IMG/VR virus record: IMGVR_UViG_3300024336_000005
Coordinates: 140,009 to 204,008 of that record
Length of the DNA stretch: 64,000 bases
Strand: one strand, 5' to 3'
Every line of letters begins with the position of its first letter. Position 1 is the stretch's first letter. Under the pieces are notes generated by a model. The model searched no databases, was not told where the DNA came from, and worked only from the letters and a program-made list of their open reading frames with translations. Shown here one piece after another: positions 16,146-25,790 of this stretch. Position numbers and translations under genes: made by a program.

Positions 16146-16584
16146 ACTTTCTTTAATCATTGGAGACTGGTCTAACGATGGCCATGGTAAGACTGATACC
16201 GTTCTTGTGACCATGAATGTCAGTAGGGCTGAACTCCTTAAGGCTCATGAAAAGGGGCTGAAGCAGGTGCCCGCTTTCAAGGGTTCTTGCGAAAACTATG
16301 AGGAGTCTTATATTTCCTTAGGATTGGCTCACCAGCTTGTTAAAGCTGGTTTGGATCCAGAGGACTTTCTTACTGACCCTTGTTGTCGTTGGGATGAATC
16401 AACTAAAAGTTTAATTGAATGTTCTTGGGACCATCCTGAGAATGAAGAGCTTCTCTTTATAGATTCAGAAGGTTATGCCAAGTTGTATATGGAGATATGC
16501 AAATTAGGAGACCCTCTTATTGCCTACTCATTCAATAATAATAAGTCCGACGAGATTTGCATCGGCGGCTATGGAGTAACTTGA
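16102..16584 (+). CDS. Hypothetical phage protein (start probably 16132 or 16138)
   Basis: GDWSNDGHG motif; ends IGGYG. Confidence 0.65.
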   Translation: MFLESGSNGSMSMSRLSLIIGDWSNDGHGKTDTVLVTMNVSRAELLKAHEKGLKQVPAFKGSCENYEESYISLGLAHQLVKAGLDPEDFLTDPCCRWDESTKSLIECSWDHPENEELLFIDSEGYAKLYMEICKLGDPLIAYSFNNNKSDEICIGGYGVT

Positions 16585-16585
16585 G

Positions 16586-16642
16586 GTGAAGCAATACAAA
16601 GAGTTAGTACAAGATGTACTAGAGAATGGAACCAAGAGATGA
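16586..16642 (+). pseudogene. Orphaned thyA N-terminal mini-ORF (18 aa)
   Basis: GTG start with SD GGAG. MKQYKELVQDVLENGTKR* matches the ThyA N-terminus. Its TGA overlaps the HNH ATG. Confidence 0.75.
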
Positions 16643-17130
16643 AGTGGATTCCTGGGTTCGAGGATCGTTATGCAGTTTCGGCTAATGGTGAGATCTGGTC
16701 ATATGTAGGACACATCCCTAGAAAATTAAAGCCAGATCTTGTTAAAGGATATCATCGAGTCACATTGTTTGATTCAAACAAGCGAACTCGTATGCCTGTC
16801 CATAGAATTGTCGCATTAACTTATATTTTGAATCCAGAAAACAGACCGCAAGTTAACCATATAGATGGCAACAAAATTAACAATGCTGCAATAAATTTAG
16901 AGTGGATGACATCTAAAGAAAACTGCGCTCATGCTTTGGAAGAGGGTCTTTATAAAACTGCTGTTGGCGAACAATATAATAGATCGGATCTAACTGACAT
17001 GGAAGTATTACAAATACGATCTGTGTGGGAAGAGAATGCTCACACTCAAAAAGAACTCGCTAACATGTTTTCTACAACTAGGTCAAATATAAATAATATT
17101 GTTAATAGATACACTTGGAAACATATATGA
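16639..17130 (+). CDS. Free-standing NUMOD4-HNH homing endonuclease
   Basis: WIPGFEDRYAVSANGEI (NUMOD4), VHRIVA...VNHIDGNKINN...NLEW.T..EN..HA, C-terminal HTH. AT-richer than flanks. Confidence 0.9.
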   Translation: MKWIPGFEDRYAVSANGEIWSYVGHIPRKLKPDLVKGYHRVTLFDSNKRTRMPVHRIVALTYILNPENRPQVNHIDGNKINNAAINLEWMTSKENCAHALEEGLYKTAVGEQYNRSDLTDMEVLQIRSVWEENAHTQKELANMFSTTRSNINNIVNRYTWKHI

Positions 17131-17948
17131 TTCAATATATAGAACTCCTTCAACAAGTTTTAAGCGAAGGAGAATACCATCAAGATCGTACTGGCACCGG
17201 CCGTTGCTCTATCTTTGGTGTCCAAAAGCGATATGATTTGAACAATGGAGCCACCTTTCCTCTGGTCACAATCCGCAAATCTTTCTTTGCTAGTGCGGTC
17301 AAAGAAATCCTTTGGATGCTTAGGGGTGAGCGCAATGTTAAAACTTTGGGAGCAGGGTTCTGGAACCCTTGGGCTCGAGAGGGTGGAGACATTGGGCCCT
17401 TGTATGGACATCAACTAAGACATTGGCCGGATGGGACTGAGGGTGGGAACGATCAAATTGCTAACGTTCTAGAGTCTCTGCGACAAAACCCCAAATCGCG
17501 CCGCCACATCATAACAACGTTCAATCCCCTTGACGCTCCTAAAGGCGTCCTCTATCCGTGTCATGGGATAGTCATACAATTCTATCCCAGTGCAGATGGG
17601 CAATTCCTGGATCTTCACATGGTGCAGCGATCACAAGATTTGATTCTTGGGTATCCTGTGAATGTTGCTGAGTATGCTCTGCTTCTTATGATTTTTGCTA
17701 ATCGACTAGGCAGAAAAGCCAGAACCCTAATTCACACTATTTCCGACTGTCATCTTTACTCAAATCACATCGAGGGTGTTAAAGAGATGCTCTCTAGAGA
17801 GCCGCTGAAGCTCCCTAGAGTGACGATAGCTGATAAGCCTATGCCTTACCCTGGTTGTGCCAGGGACGGCTCTGTATTGGAGCCTGAGGATGTACAACTG
17901 ATAGGATATGAACACCATGGAAGAATCAAGTTCCCCATTGCAGTCTGA
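17127..17948 (+). CDS. thyA: Thymidylate synthase
   Basis: DRTGTG, GPLYGHQLR, SRRH, PCH, QRSxD.LGYPVN (Asn, dUMP-type), DCHLYSNH. ATG overlaps the HNH stop. Confidence 0.95.
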   Translation: MIQYIELLQQVLSEGEYHQDRTGTGRCSIFGVQKRYDLNNGATFPLVTIRKSFFASAVKEILWMLRGERNVKTLGAGFWNPWAREGGDIGPLYGHQLRHWPDGTEGGNDQIANVLESLRQNPKSRRHIITTFNPLDAPKGVLYPCHGIVIQFYPSADGQFLDLHMVQRSQDLILGYPVNVAEYALLLMIFANRLGRKARTLIHTISDCHLYSNHIEGVKEMLSREPLKLPRVTIADKPMPYPGCARDGSVLEPEDVQLIGYEHHGRIKFPIAV

Positions 17949-18189
17949 TCCTGAGCTGGTCATAAACCTTGAAGAAGCCATTGATCAAATAAAGTCTGAC
18001 CTTGTCAAGATACAAAAACGGATTAAAGATGAAGAAGAATTCTTTGGAGAGATGGATGATGATTGCCCCTTGTTCATTCTAGATGGAAGAAAAAGGGAGG
18101 CCTGGGATTATGGTGTTGATTACGGCTATATTATGGGCGTAGCTGCCGGCCTAAAGGTTGCCTTAACACAACTTAGGAGAGCAATATGA
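17908..18189 (+). CDS. Hypothetical protein
   Basis: ORF in operon. Confidence 0.55.
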   Translation: MNTMEESSSPLQSDPELVINLEEAIDQIKSDLVKIQKRIKDEEEFFGEMDDDCPLFILDGRKREAWDYGVDYGYIMGVAAGLKVALTQLRRAI

Positions 18190-18569
18190 GCCTCTTGACA
18201 GTAACTAAGACAGTAGTCGATTGTTTCAACTGGGACACCTTTGTACGAGAAGCATATGGAAGACCATATTGTTTTCAGCAACAAGGTGGTTGCAAGATGC
18301 GAGGTACATATCACTTAGAGGTCCACGGAGAGAAGGGGTATGACCCCTATGGATGCAAAGGCCTTCCTTTAGAGCTGGATAACAACCTCTTTGGAGTGGC
18401 CCTTGAGGAATGGCTCAGGAGGGACCCCAAGGAGGCCCCACCATCTATAGACTTCCTTGAGACATGGTGGGAGAGAAACTTTTATCCCAGCATTGAAGCT
18501 GTTGCAGAAGACCTGTGCCAGAGAGGGCTTCTTCCTGTTGGTGAATATATAATTATCATCGACTGGTAG
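18186..18569 (+). CDS. Hypothetical phage protein
   Basis: ATGA-coupled, SD AGGAG. Confidence 0.7.
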   Translation: MSLLTVTKTVVDCFNWDTFVREAYGRPYCFQQQGGCKMRGTYHLEVHGEKGYDPYGCKGLPLELDNNLFGVALEEWLRRDPKEAPPSIDFLETWWERNFYPSIEAVAEDLCQRGLLPVGEYIIIIDW

Positions 18570-18581
18570 TCCAAACAATAA

Positions 18582-19778
18582 GTGGAGAAAGAAATGAGTT
18601 GGAAAGAAAAGTTTACTCCTACATCTGATACGCTGACGCTTCATTTTGATTCAGTCAAAGAGGCGGAAGTATTTAAGACGTGGCTTTGTAACTCGGGGGA
18701 GCAATTCTATGATGACTTTCGAGAAGTCATGCGTTCTGATGGGGAGCTCCCCAAAGATAGCTCTGAGTATGTAGAAATTAATTATCAAGACTTGCCTAAC
18801 CATATCTTCTTTAAAGCGGAAGGCTAAGGAGAGACTATGACAGTAGCACAATTGATCAGCCGTCTAAGAGACTTCCCTTTAGATGCAGATGTCTTAGTAG
18901 AAGCGAGGGATAGCGGAGAGCCCTACAATTTCAGCGTAGAAGAAGGGACTTGGTATGCGGAGATGACAGAACAACTTGGCGGTGAGCCAAATGAATACTA
19001 TGCTCGAACTGATGTTAAAAGATTCAAAGAGTATTCTACTAAGTTCTGTGTCAGCATTAGTCCGAGCTGGTAGCATGAACCAATTTCAAGAATCAGATGG
19101 ATGTAAGATCCACCTAATGCAAGGTGAACTCCCTCTTGTTAAGGTCCTGTTCCTTAAAAAAGAAGGAGAGGACCAGCGTTTGGTTGTTAACAAGAGTGTG
19201 ATGTTGGACGGTCAGCCTCTAACTGTAGAGACATGGCTGCGTAATAAGCATGGCGTTTGGAACGGCACCTTTAATCAGATCCAACTTAATACCCCTCTTT
19301 TGAAGGCTGGAGATGCCTACCCATTTACTTGTGTGTTCTGGACCTCTCCAGTGATGAGTAAGGATAGAGTTCCAATGGTAGGTCAGTAAGCTATGAGCAG
19401 GGAAACAACTTGGTACTTTGTATACACTTGCTGTCCCGACGGACCAAGTGTCCTAAAGGCTGTGTTCTGGTCTATATCAGAAGCTGATGTCTACCGAGAT
19501 GGCAATGGCTATCTGGAGATTCGTCGAGCTCTCTGGGAGGGCTATGGCAGTGTTCCAGACTACAGTGAAACGGAGAAGGTATGACAATCTACAGAGACTC
19601 CTCCTCGGGGAAGCTTGTAACCATTTGTTACCTTACCGCTTGGATGGGTAAGTGTAGTCCCAGACATAGAGCCTATCGGTACCCAGCTCCCCACTGGGGA
19701 GTTGATCTTGGCAGGGAGGTTCGAGAAGAAGAGATAGGCCAGAGATATATCCCCGTGTCAGAAAGAAGCTACCCATGA
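18582..19778 (+). CDS. Run of five small hypothetical genes (18582-18827, 18837-19073, about 19075-19389, 19393-19584, 19581-19778)
   Basis: Tightly packed co-oriented ORFs with SD-like motifs; no recognisable domains. Confidence 0.55.
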
Positions 19779-20170
19779 AGAACAATACAAACTGCACCAT
19801 AGGCATCCTAGAAGAGGATCAAAGCGTTAGCGTTATCTATTGCCACTGGGATGGCTATCTTGATGCGAACGGTGAGCGTCTCTGGAGGTTCTACTATGAA
19901 GAAAGTCATATTAGAGACCTGCTTGAGGGAGGAGATATCACATCTCTTGGCGCTAGCCATAAGGTAAGCGTTTACTATCATAAGGACTTCCAAGAGCCAC
20001 TTAAGGTTGCTCGTGTTTATGATACTTCTCTTGAGATGGTTGAGGCTGAGGGACGTAGGTTTAATTATCTCTATTGCATTCGCTCTGGCGAATGGTTCTT
20101 TTCAATGTGGTCGTCTAATGAATGGAAGAATTTAAAAGATGCAAACTTCAAGACCTCTGGTCCATTATGA
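19775..20170 (+). CDS. Hypothetical phage protein
   Basis: IYCHWDGY...G..L motif typical of a common phage family. Confidence 0.65.
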   Translation: MKNNTNCTIGILEEDQSVSVIYCHWDGYLDANGERLWRFYYEESHIRDLLEGGDITSLGASHKVSVYYHKDFQEPLKVARVYDTSLEMVEAEGRRFNYLYCIRSGEWFFSMWSSNEWKNLKDANFKTSGPL

Positions 20171-20915
20171 TGGTCCCATTGAATGGATCAATGAAGGCCG
20201 TGTGATTCTGTATGGAATCCACGGGTCTCATCTTTATGGGACAAATATTGAGACCTCTGATGAGGACTATAAGGGTATTGTTGTCCCTCCTAGAGTGTAC
20301 CGCCAGGGCTTTTCTAAGACCTTTGAGCAGGTTATCCAAGAGGGATGTGAGCTTGAGTATGTCATTTATGATATCCGTAAGTTCTTTAAGCTTGGGGTTA
20401 AGTGTAACCCCAACATCTTAGAGCTTCTCTACTCTAAGTCCTTCTTGCACTCCACTGAGGGAGGAAGACTGCTGGCTGAGAACAGGGATGCGTTTCTTTC
20501 TCAGCGTGCAATCTCTTCATACAATGGATATGCTCTGTCTCAGTTGAAAAAGATGGAGACCTATAGGGCTGCCAATCCAGAGAGAGCTAGGTTGCGGGAG
20601 TTGTATGGATATGACACCAAGTTTGCCATGCATTTGATTCGACTGTTAAGGGTCTGCAACGAGATGTTGACAGAGGGAACCATTAACGTGTTCCGTAAGG
20701 ATGCAGAGCAGCTGATAGAGATCAGGAGGGGTGGATGGTCCTTGGCTCGTGTTCATAAGGTGGTCCAAGACCTTGAGGCCAGGAACTCTGCATTGGCGAC
20801 TACAACGTCTCTGCCTAAGGAGCCAGACATCGACTTCTTAGAGTCTTTGATGTCTGATATAATTGAGATTACGGAGTGCTCGGTTGCCTCCAAGGATGAG
20901 ATAAATGTTTTTTGA
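20139..20915 (+). CDS. Pol-beta superfamily nucleotidyltransferase (YcgL/RlaP-like)
   Basis: GSHLYG.NIETSDEDYKGI, NPNILELL, YDTKFAMHLIRLL, L..IRRG. Confidence 0.85.
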   Translation: MQTSRPLVHYDGPIEWINEGRVILYGIHGSHLYGTNIETSDEDYKGIVVPPRVYRQGFSKTFEQVIQEGCELEYVIYDIRKFFKLGVKCNPNILELLYSKSFLHSTEGGRLLAENRDAFLSQRAISSYNGYALSQLKKMETYRAANPERARLRELYGYDTKFAMHLIRLLRVCNEMLTEGTINVFRKDAEQLIEIRRGGWSLARVHKVVQDLEARNSALATTTSLPKEPDIDFLESLMSDIIEITECSVASKDEINVF

Positions 20916-21435
20916 TGTAGTGGTCGCTTGCGACCAGGCTGGTGGTATTGCCAAGGATGGAAAAATCCCCTGGCATCTCCCCGAGGAGCTTCAGTGGTTT
21001 AAGAAGGTAACTTCTCACACTCAAGACCCTGACAAGCAGAATGCTGTAATCATGGGACGCAAGACTTGGGAGTCTTTGCCCGAGAGGGCAAGACCTCTAA
21101 AGGGCAGAGTGAATGTGGTGCTTTCGAGGGATGAAAACTATGCGCCCGAAGGTGATGCTTGGGGAGCTCTCTCTTTTGAAGATGCACTGCAAGCCATGGA
21201 TCATGGGGACTTTGGGTGTGTAGAGACTGTCTTTGTCATCGGTGGAGGGCAAGTATATAAAGAAGCATTTGACCACCCCAGCTGCCGCCTCATCATCATG
21301 TCTGGGATTCCAGAGACTTTCGACTGTGACACCTTCATTCGTGTCCCAGACCGCTTTGAAACAGTAGAGACTAGGCCCCACCAAGGATTTAAGATCTGGT
21401 GGCTTACCCCTAAGGAACTAACACAGGATGATTGA
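20905..21435 (+). CDS. folA: Dihydrofolate reductase
   Basis: GIAKDGKIPWHLPEEL, VIMGRKTWESLP..RPLKGRVNVVLSR, VIGGGQVY, CDTF. Confidence 0.95.
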   Translation: MFFDVVVACDQAGGIAKDGKIPWHLPEELQWFKKVTSHTQDPDKQNAVIMGRKTWESLPERARPLKGRVNVVLSRDENYAPEGDAWGALSFEDALQAMDHGDFGCVETVFVIGGGQVYKEAFDHPSCRLIIMSGIPETFDCDTFIRVPDRFETVETRPHQGFKIWWLTPKELTQDD

Positions 21436-21604
21436 TTGGAATTTTGTCAAAGAGGAGATACTTGAGGTCTTGGACAACAATGGGGTGCATGATGGGACCC
21501 TTGCTGGACTAGAAAATAAGGTCCAGGTGTTCATCAATAAGCTCGAGAGGACCTTTAGGCCTGAAGCAGGAGAGCCAGATGACGACACTGACTCTGACTG
21601 GTAA
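21428..21604 (+). CDS. Small hypothetical protein (58 aa)
   Basis: ATG at 21428; MIDWNFVKEE...DDDTDSDW*; fills the gap. Confidence 0.5.
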   Translation: MIDWNFVKEEILEVLDNNGVHDGTLAGLENKVQVFINKLERTFRPEAGEPDDDTDSDW

Positions 21605-21815
21605 GGTCGCAAAGATAGAGAAGGCAGGAAAGTGGGTGGCTTTTGTTATAGCTGGCCGAACTGCTTGTAAAGTAATAATGAAGGATGCCTCTGCTAAGGA
21701 GGCACTAGAATCCATCAAAGTTGGGTCAGAAATTGTTGCAACATCTAGCAAGTTCGCGTGTGAAGGTCACACGGTAAAGCTTTGGACTGATCTATGCATG
21801 TTCTTACCAGATTAA
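21579..21815 (+). CDS. Small beta-rich (OB-like?) protein
   Basis: SD AGGAG; LTLTGKV.KIE...IKVGSEI pattern. Confidence 0.5.
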   Translation: MTTLTLTGKVAKIEKAGKWVAFVIAGRTACKVIMKDASAKEALESIKVGSEIVATSSKFACEGHTVKLWTDLCMFLPD

Positions 21816-21832
21816 CATAGTGAGTAGAATAA

Positions 21833-22834
21833 ATGTGGGATAGAGTTAAGACGTTAAAGTCTGCTCTCCTTGGTTTACCAGAGCCGATCCTCATCCTTGG
21901 AAATAGAATGCCAGATGGAGATAGTCTAGGCAGCGCAGCTGCAGTGTTGGACTATTTAAGGTACGAAGGATATGAGGCTTACATTCACTGCGTCCTCCCA
22001 CCGCCTCCAACGTTAAGTTGGATGCTTGATGAGGGGGATGAAGCCACCGCAGAGACGCTCGAAGAGTATGCGTCTCTGGTAGTAGTGGATGACCAAGTGA
22101 ATTCTGAACGACTTGGGTTTGAGTTTAGAAAAGTTCCTACTATTTGCATAGACCATCATATGACAGGATTCCCTGATGATGTGGCAGATAGTATAGCGAA
22201 GAAGGGGTCCCTTGGTGCCCCTACTGTTGTTGTTAATGACAATGTCATTAACTTCTGGAAGCTGTGCCCAGCAACAGCCTGCATCTTAATTGATGAAGAG
22301 ATATTTCACCCCTTTCTGTGGGTGTCTCTCTATACAGATTCAGTTGGTTTTACTGTCAACACCAGCACAGTCATTAGGTATGCTTCAATCCTTACAGAGG
22401 CTTCAGATATTTCTGATGAAGACGCTGAAGGTTACATAAAGAAGGTTTACCCCACCGCTCCTGTTTCTATCTTAGAATCTTTTGCTGAGGCAACAATCTA
22501 CACCCTCACAGGCACTCATAATGGAGAGCAGCTACAAATTGCTATGGCAATTGCTGATGCTCAAGATGATTTGTCCTATCGTAAGATCCTTTGGATCCTT
22601 CGACAGTTTGGACATGTGGCGTGTTTTGTGAATTCTGTGACAGGCAAGGCAAGTGTGCGTTCTGACCGCTATGAGTATAGCGCTCTTGACATAGCAAAGA
22701 AATTTGGTGGAGGTGGGCATGTGCGCGCAGCGGGCTTCCAGCTGAACACCAAAGAATTTGGTTCTCAGTGCGATAAACTAATCACCCTACTTGGAAGCGA
22801 TCTCGAAAGCGTTCGCTTAAGGATGTTAATGTAA
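21833..22834 (+). CDS. DHH/DHHA1 phosphoesterase (NrnA-like)
   Basis: PDGDSLGS, VVVD, IDHH, YTDS, SVRS, GGGGHVRAAG. Confidence 0.9.
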   Translation: MWDRVKTLKSALLGLPEPILILGNRMPDGDSLGSAAAVLDYLRYEGYEAYIHCVLPPPPTLSWMLDEGDEATAETLEEYASLVVVDDQVNSERLGFEFRKVPTICIDHHMTGFPDDVADSIAKKGSLGAPTVVVNDNVINFWKLCPATACILIDEEIFHPFLWVSLYTDSVGFTVNTSTVIRYASILTEASDISDEDAEGYIKKVYPTAPVSILESFAEATIYTLTGTHNGEQLQIAMAIADAQDDLSYRKILWILRQFGHVACFVNSVTGKASVRSDRYEYSALDIAKKFGGGGHVRAAGFQLNTKEFGSQCDKLITLLGSDLESVRLRMLM

Positions 22835-23064
22835 TGAGCAGTAAAAAGAAGACAATCAAAGAGCTGAGACTAGTTAATAAGGATCTTTATAAGACCCTAG
22901 AAGCCTCTGAGGCTGACCTTGCTGAGGCAGAAGAGGAGAACGAGCGCCTTCGTGAGTCTATCATGATCCTCTTAAGCGAGGCTGGGTTGGAAATCGAAGC
23001 CAATGATGGACTAGAGTTTCCAGTTGAGATTATGGCAGTTCCAGATGGAATCTTCCCTCTCTAA
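22834..23064 (+). CDS. Small coiled-coil protein
   Basis: TAATG-coupled. Confidence 0.55.
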   Translation: MSSKKKTIKELRLVNKDLYKTLEASEADLAEAEEENERLRESIMILLSEAGLEIEANDGLEFPVEIMAVPDGIFPL

Positions 23065-23083
23065 TAGATATGATTGGTAGTAT

Positions 23084-24076
23084 ATGAAAGACTTTGTACA
23101 TCTTCACCTGCACACTAAGTTCAGCCTACAAGATGGTACCACTGAGCCTGAAGGGCTCATGAAAAAGTGTGCCGATCATGGGATGAAGTCCGTTGGAGTG
23201 ACAGATCATGGGAATATGGCAGGGATGTGGGATTGTGCTAAGTACGCTAAGCAGTATGGCATTAATCTAATCCCTGGCAATGAATTCTATGTTGTTCCTG
23301 ATGCACAAAAGAGCAGGGGGAATGATTGGCGGAAGGGGAAGTCCTCTCATCTTGGACTTCTTGCTTATAGTCAGACCGGTTGGGATAATCTGTTGAGGCT
23401 TACTGCGTTATCGAATCTTGAGGGATTCTATAACGAACCTCGGATAGACTATAGGATGCTCAGAGAGAACTCCGAAGGATTGTGGTGTATGTCTGGCTGC
23501 CTCGGCGGCTTCATAAATACAGCCATTAAGAATAATCAATCCCCAAGGTTTGCGGTAGATATGCTGCATAGTATCTTTGGAGATAGGCTATCTCTTGAGA
23601 TACAGGTGAACCCAATACCTGACCAGCAGATTCTTAATGATGAAGTGATAGCAATTCATCATGCTACAAAGATTCCCCTCGTTGCTACCGTTGATGCTCA
23701 CTACTTAGATAAGACTGATAGCCACAACCAGGACATCCTGTTTGCAATGCAGTTAGGGAAATCCCTAGAGGACCCAGAGAGGCTGAAGATGCCTCCAGAA
23801 GAGCACTCTGTTGAAACCCCAGAGGAAGCCATCAAGAGGTTCACAGATAAGTATGGGAACCTTGGATTGGAGGCTTGTCGGAGGACGGTAGAGATTGGAG
23901 ACAACTCTCACTCAGAGATTACTTACCAAAGTAAGAGCTATAAAATTCCCACCCTTGATGTTGCAGCACAGCCAGACTTCCAAGAGTTTCTTAAATGGAA
24001 GACAGGCTGTGAATGTCACACCTCAGACAAAGGGGAGTGCTTAGTACATGGAAAAGCCTGTGGGCATAACCACTAG
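23084..24076 (+). CDS. dnaE: Stand-alone PHP domain of DNA polymerase III alpha
   Basis: FVHLHLHTKFSLQDG, TDHGNM, GNEFY, HLGLLA, GFY..PRID, SGCLGG, LVATVDAHY. Ends at the PHP-palm linker with a Cys/His tail. Confidence 0.9.
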   Translation: MKDFVHLHLHTKFSLQDGTTEPEGLMKKCADHGMKSVGVTDHGNMAGMWDCAKYAKQYGINLIPGNEFYVVPDAQKSRGNDWRKGKSSHLGLLAYSQTGWDNLLRLTALSNLEGFYNEPRIDYRMLRENSEGLWCMSGCLGGFINTAIKNNQSPRFAVDMLHSIFGDRLSLEIQVNPIPDQQILNDEVIAIHHATKIPLVATVDAHYLDKTDSHNQDILFAMQLGKSLEDPERLKMPPEEHSVETPEEAIKRFTDKYGNLGLEACRRTVEIGDNSHSEITYQSKSYKIPTLDVAAQPDFQEFLKWKTGCECHTSDKGECLVHGKACGHNH

Positions 24077-24099
24077 AAATAAAACTATAGGAGATTAGC

Positions 24100-24393
24100 A
24101 TGTTAGAAGTTACCCCCGCACCTGGATTCGCCATGGTGACACTTGAGAAGGACGCACAGACAAAGTCTGGACTTTTTGTTGCAGGCACACAGGACGGCCT
24201 AAAGAGAGGTCGCGTAGAAGGCCTTGGCCCTGAGTTTGTCACAGACCATGGTGTTTCAATCGCCTTCCCAGCAGATGTTGGAGATGTCGTTCTATTTGAC
24301 AAGGGAACTGAATTTTCAATCCCGGGGCAAGGAAGCTACTACTTCGTGTGGCGGAACAACACTGTTGGCAGGATCGTCGAGTCAGGAGAGTGA
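24100..24393 (+). CDS. groES: GroES-like co-chaperonin
   Basis: TKSGLFV, GRVEGLGP, VGDVVLFDK. Confidence 0.75.
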   Translation: MLEVTPAPGFAMVTLEKDAQTKSGLFVAGTQDGLKRGRVEGLGPEFVTDHGVSIAFPADVGDVVLFDKGTEFSIPGQGSYYFVWRNNTVGRIVESGE

Positions 24394-24719
24394 CAGATTC
24401 ACTTGGGAATGAATACAGAGTGGGAGATATACTCTTGTACGTCGCCGGGGGAGATCAGGCTCGGCCACAGATTGCCATGTTTGTTGAAGCTTATATGAAT
24501 GCAGATGGAGATCCTAAAAATAGGTTCCTTTTTGCGAACCGTAGAACGTGGAATCGAGATCAAAATAACGTGTCTGTCAGAACTATTGGACGGCCCTGGA
24601 GGGCCCGCTTGAAGCGGCTCTCTGATGTCCTTCCTCATGACAAGGCCCTCGAGGCAAGAGATTTCTTTGAGTATGCCCTGGAGCTAAAGGGATACGAGCT
24701 TGGGCTGCCTCTTCTTTGA
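24390..24719 (+). CDS. Hypothetical protein
   Basis: GTGA overlap with groES; TDSLGNEYRVGDIL motif. Confidence 0.6.
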   Translation: MTDSLGNEYRVGDILLYVAGGDQARPQIAMFVEAYMNADGDPKNRFLFANRRTWNRDQNNVSVRTIGRPWRARLKRLSDVLPHDKALEARDFFEYALELKGYELGLPLL

Positions 24720-24766
24720 GGTATGATGTCAGAATGGAGAGGTCTCAGAGAGAAGGAGAGGTTCAA

Positions 24767-25592
24767 ATGAAGAGTGATGATCAGAACTCCTACCTTTTAT
24801 TTTGGGCCCAGAAGGGGCTTAAGGCAAGAGGGCTCTGGGATGACCAGGTCTATAAGGATAGGGTAGATTACGAGTGGAAAGTTATCTCTCGTATGGGGTT
24901 TGCAGGATACTATCTTGTAGTCGCTGACTACGTGGCTTGGGCCCGTAGTCAAAGAATCCCAGTGGGGCCTGGACGTGGTTCAGGTGCTGGCTCTTTGATT
25001 GCCTATGCTGTAGGCATAACGGATGTGGATCCCATTAAGTGGGGCCTAATGTTTGAGAGGTTCTTGAACCCAGGTAGAGTCTCCATGCCTGACTTTGACA
25101 TTGACTTTGGAAAGAGAGATCGACTCAAGGTTTTTGACTACCTGTCAGAGAAATACGGACATCAGAACGTTTGTCAGATTGGTACTATTGGCACCATGAA
25201 GGCAAAGCTTGCGGTCAAAGATGTGGGGAGAACCCTTGGACTTGATCCCTCTGAGCTGGAAAGATTCTCTAGCTTAATTCCCGACGAAGAAAGAGGAGGA
25301 CAGGGCGATCATGCTATCACCTTGAGCCTCCTCTTGGATCCTCCCAGGGAGCTTGTTAAGGCTCACGGAGAGGCTCTTGCAAAGTTCAGAACTGCTTATG
25401 AATTCGACAAAGACTTTCATAGAGTTGTCAACCTTGCTGTAGAGCTGGAAGGAATCCCAAAGAGTTACGGGGTGCACGCAGCTGGAGTTGTCATCGGAAT
25501 TGATTCTCTATGGGGAGATATTCCTCTTAGGAAATCAAATGATGGAAGGCCTGTTAGTCAGTGGACTGACAAGCAGGTCGAAAAGATGGGGT
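24767..25592 (+). CDS. dnaE: DNA polymerase III alpha catalytic core, exon 1
   Basis: SD AGGAGAGG; GFAGYYLVV.D, GPGRGSGAGSL, FERFLNP.RVSMPDFDIDF, HAAGVVI. Confidence 0.93.
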
Positions 25593-25734
25593 TAGCTTAT
25601 TAGCCCCTGTATGGAGCAATCCGTACAGCAAACAAGGTGAACCCCAAAGCAAAGGGGGTGTGCTGCATCTGCAGCGCTAACAGGGGAACCTAAGTGAGCG
25701 AGTCTCATAAGGCAATCCTGTGCTAAGCTTTTGA

Positions 25735-25763
25735 TTGATTAGGTATTGCAAAATTGATATAAT
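25735..25763 (+). promoter_or_regulatory. Sigma70-type promoter for the intron HNH gene
   Basis: TTGATT-17 bp-TATAAT with extended -10 TG. Confidence 0.6.
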
Positions 25764-25790
25764 AGGAGCTCAACAAACAGGAGCTGCGTT

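Noticed and set aside
16586-17130. Group I intron in thyA (td-like)
   Set aside because: No room or motifs for P3/P7 around the HNH gene, and thyA downstream has its own complete N-terminus.
17127-17948. dCMP hydroxymethylase or other modified-base synthase
   Set aside because: It retains the dUMP-specifying Asn (GYPVN) and is accompanied by DHFR and dUTPase, consistent with ordinary dTMP synthesis.
24076-24767. Intron or intein joining the PHP gene to the DnaE core
   Set aside because: No ribozyme motifs or intein blocks. The interval holds two ordinary ORFs and the core has its own strong SD/ATG.
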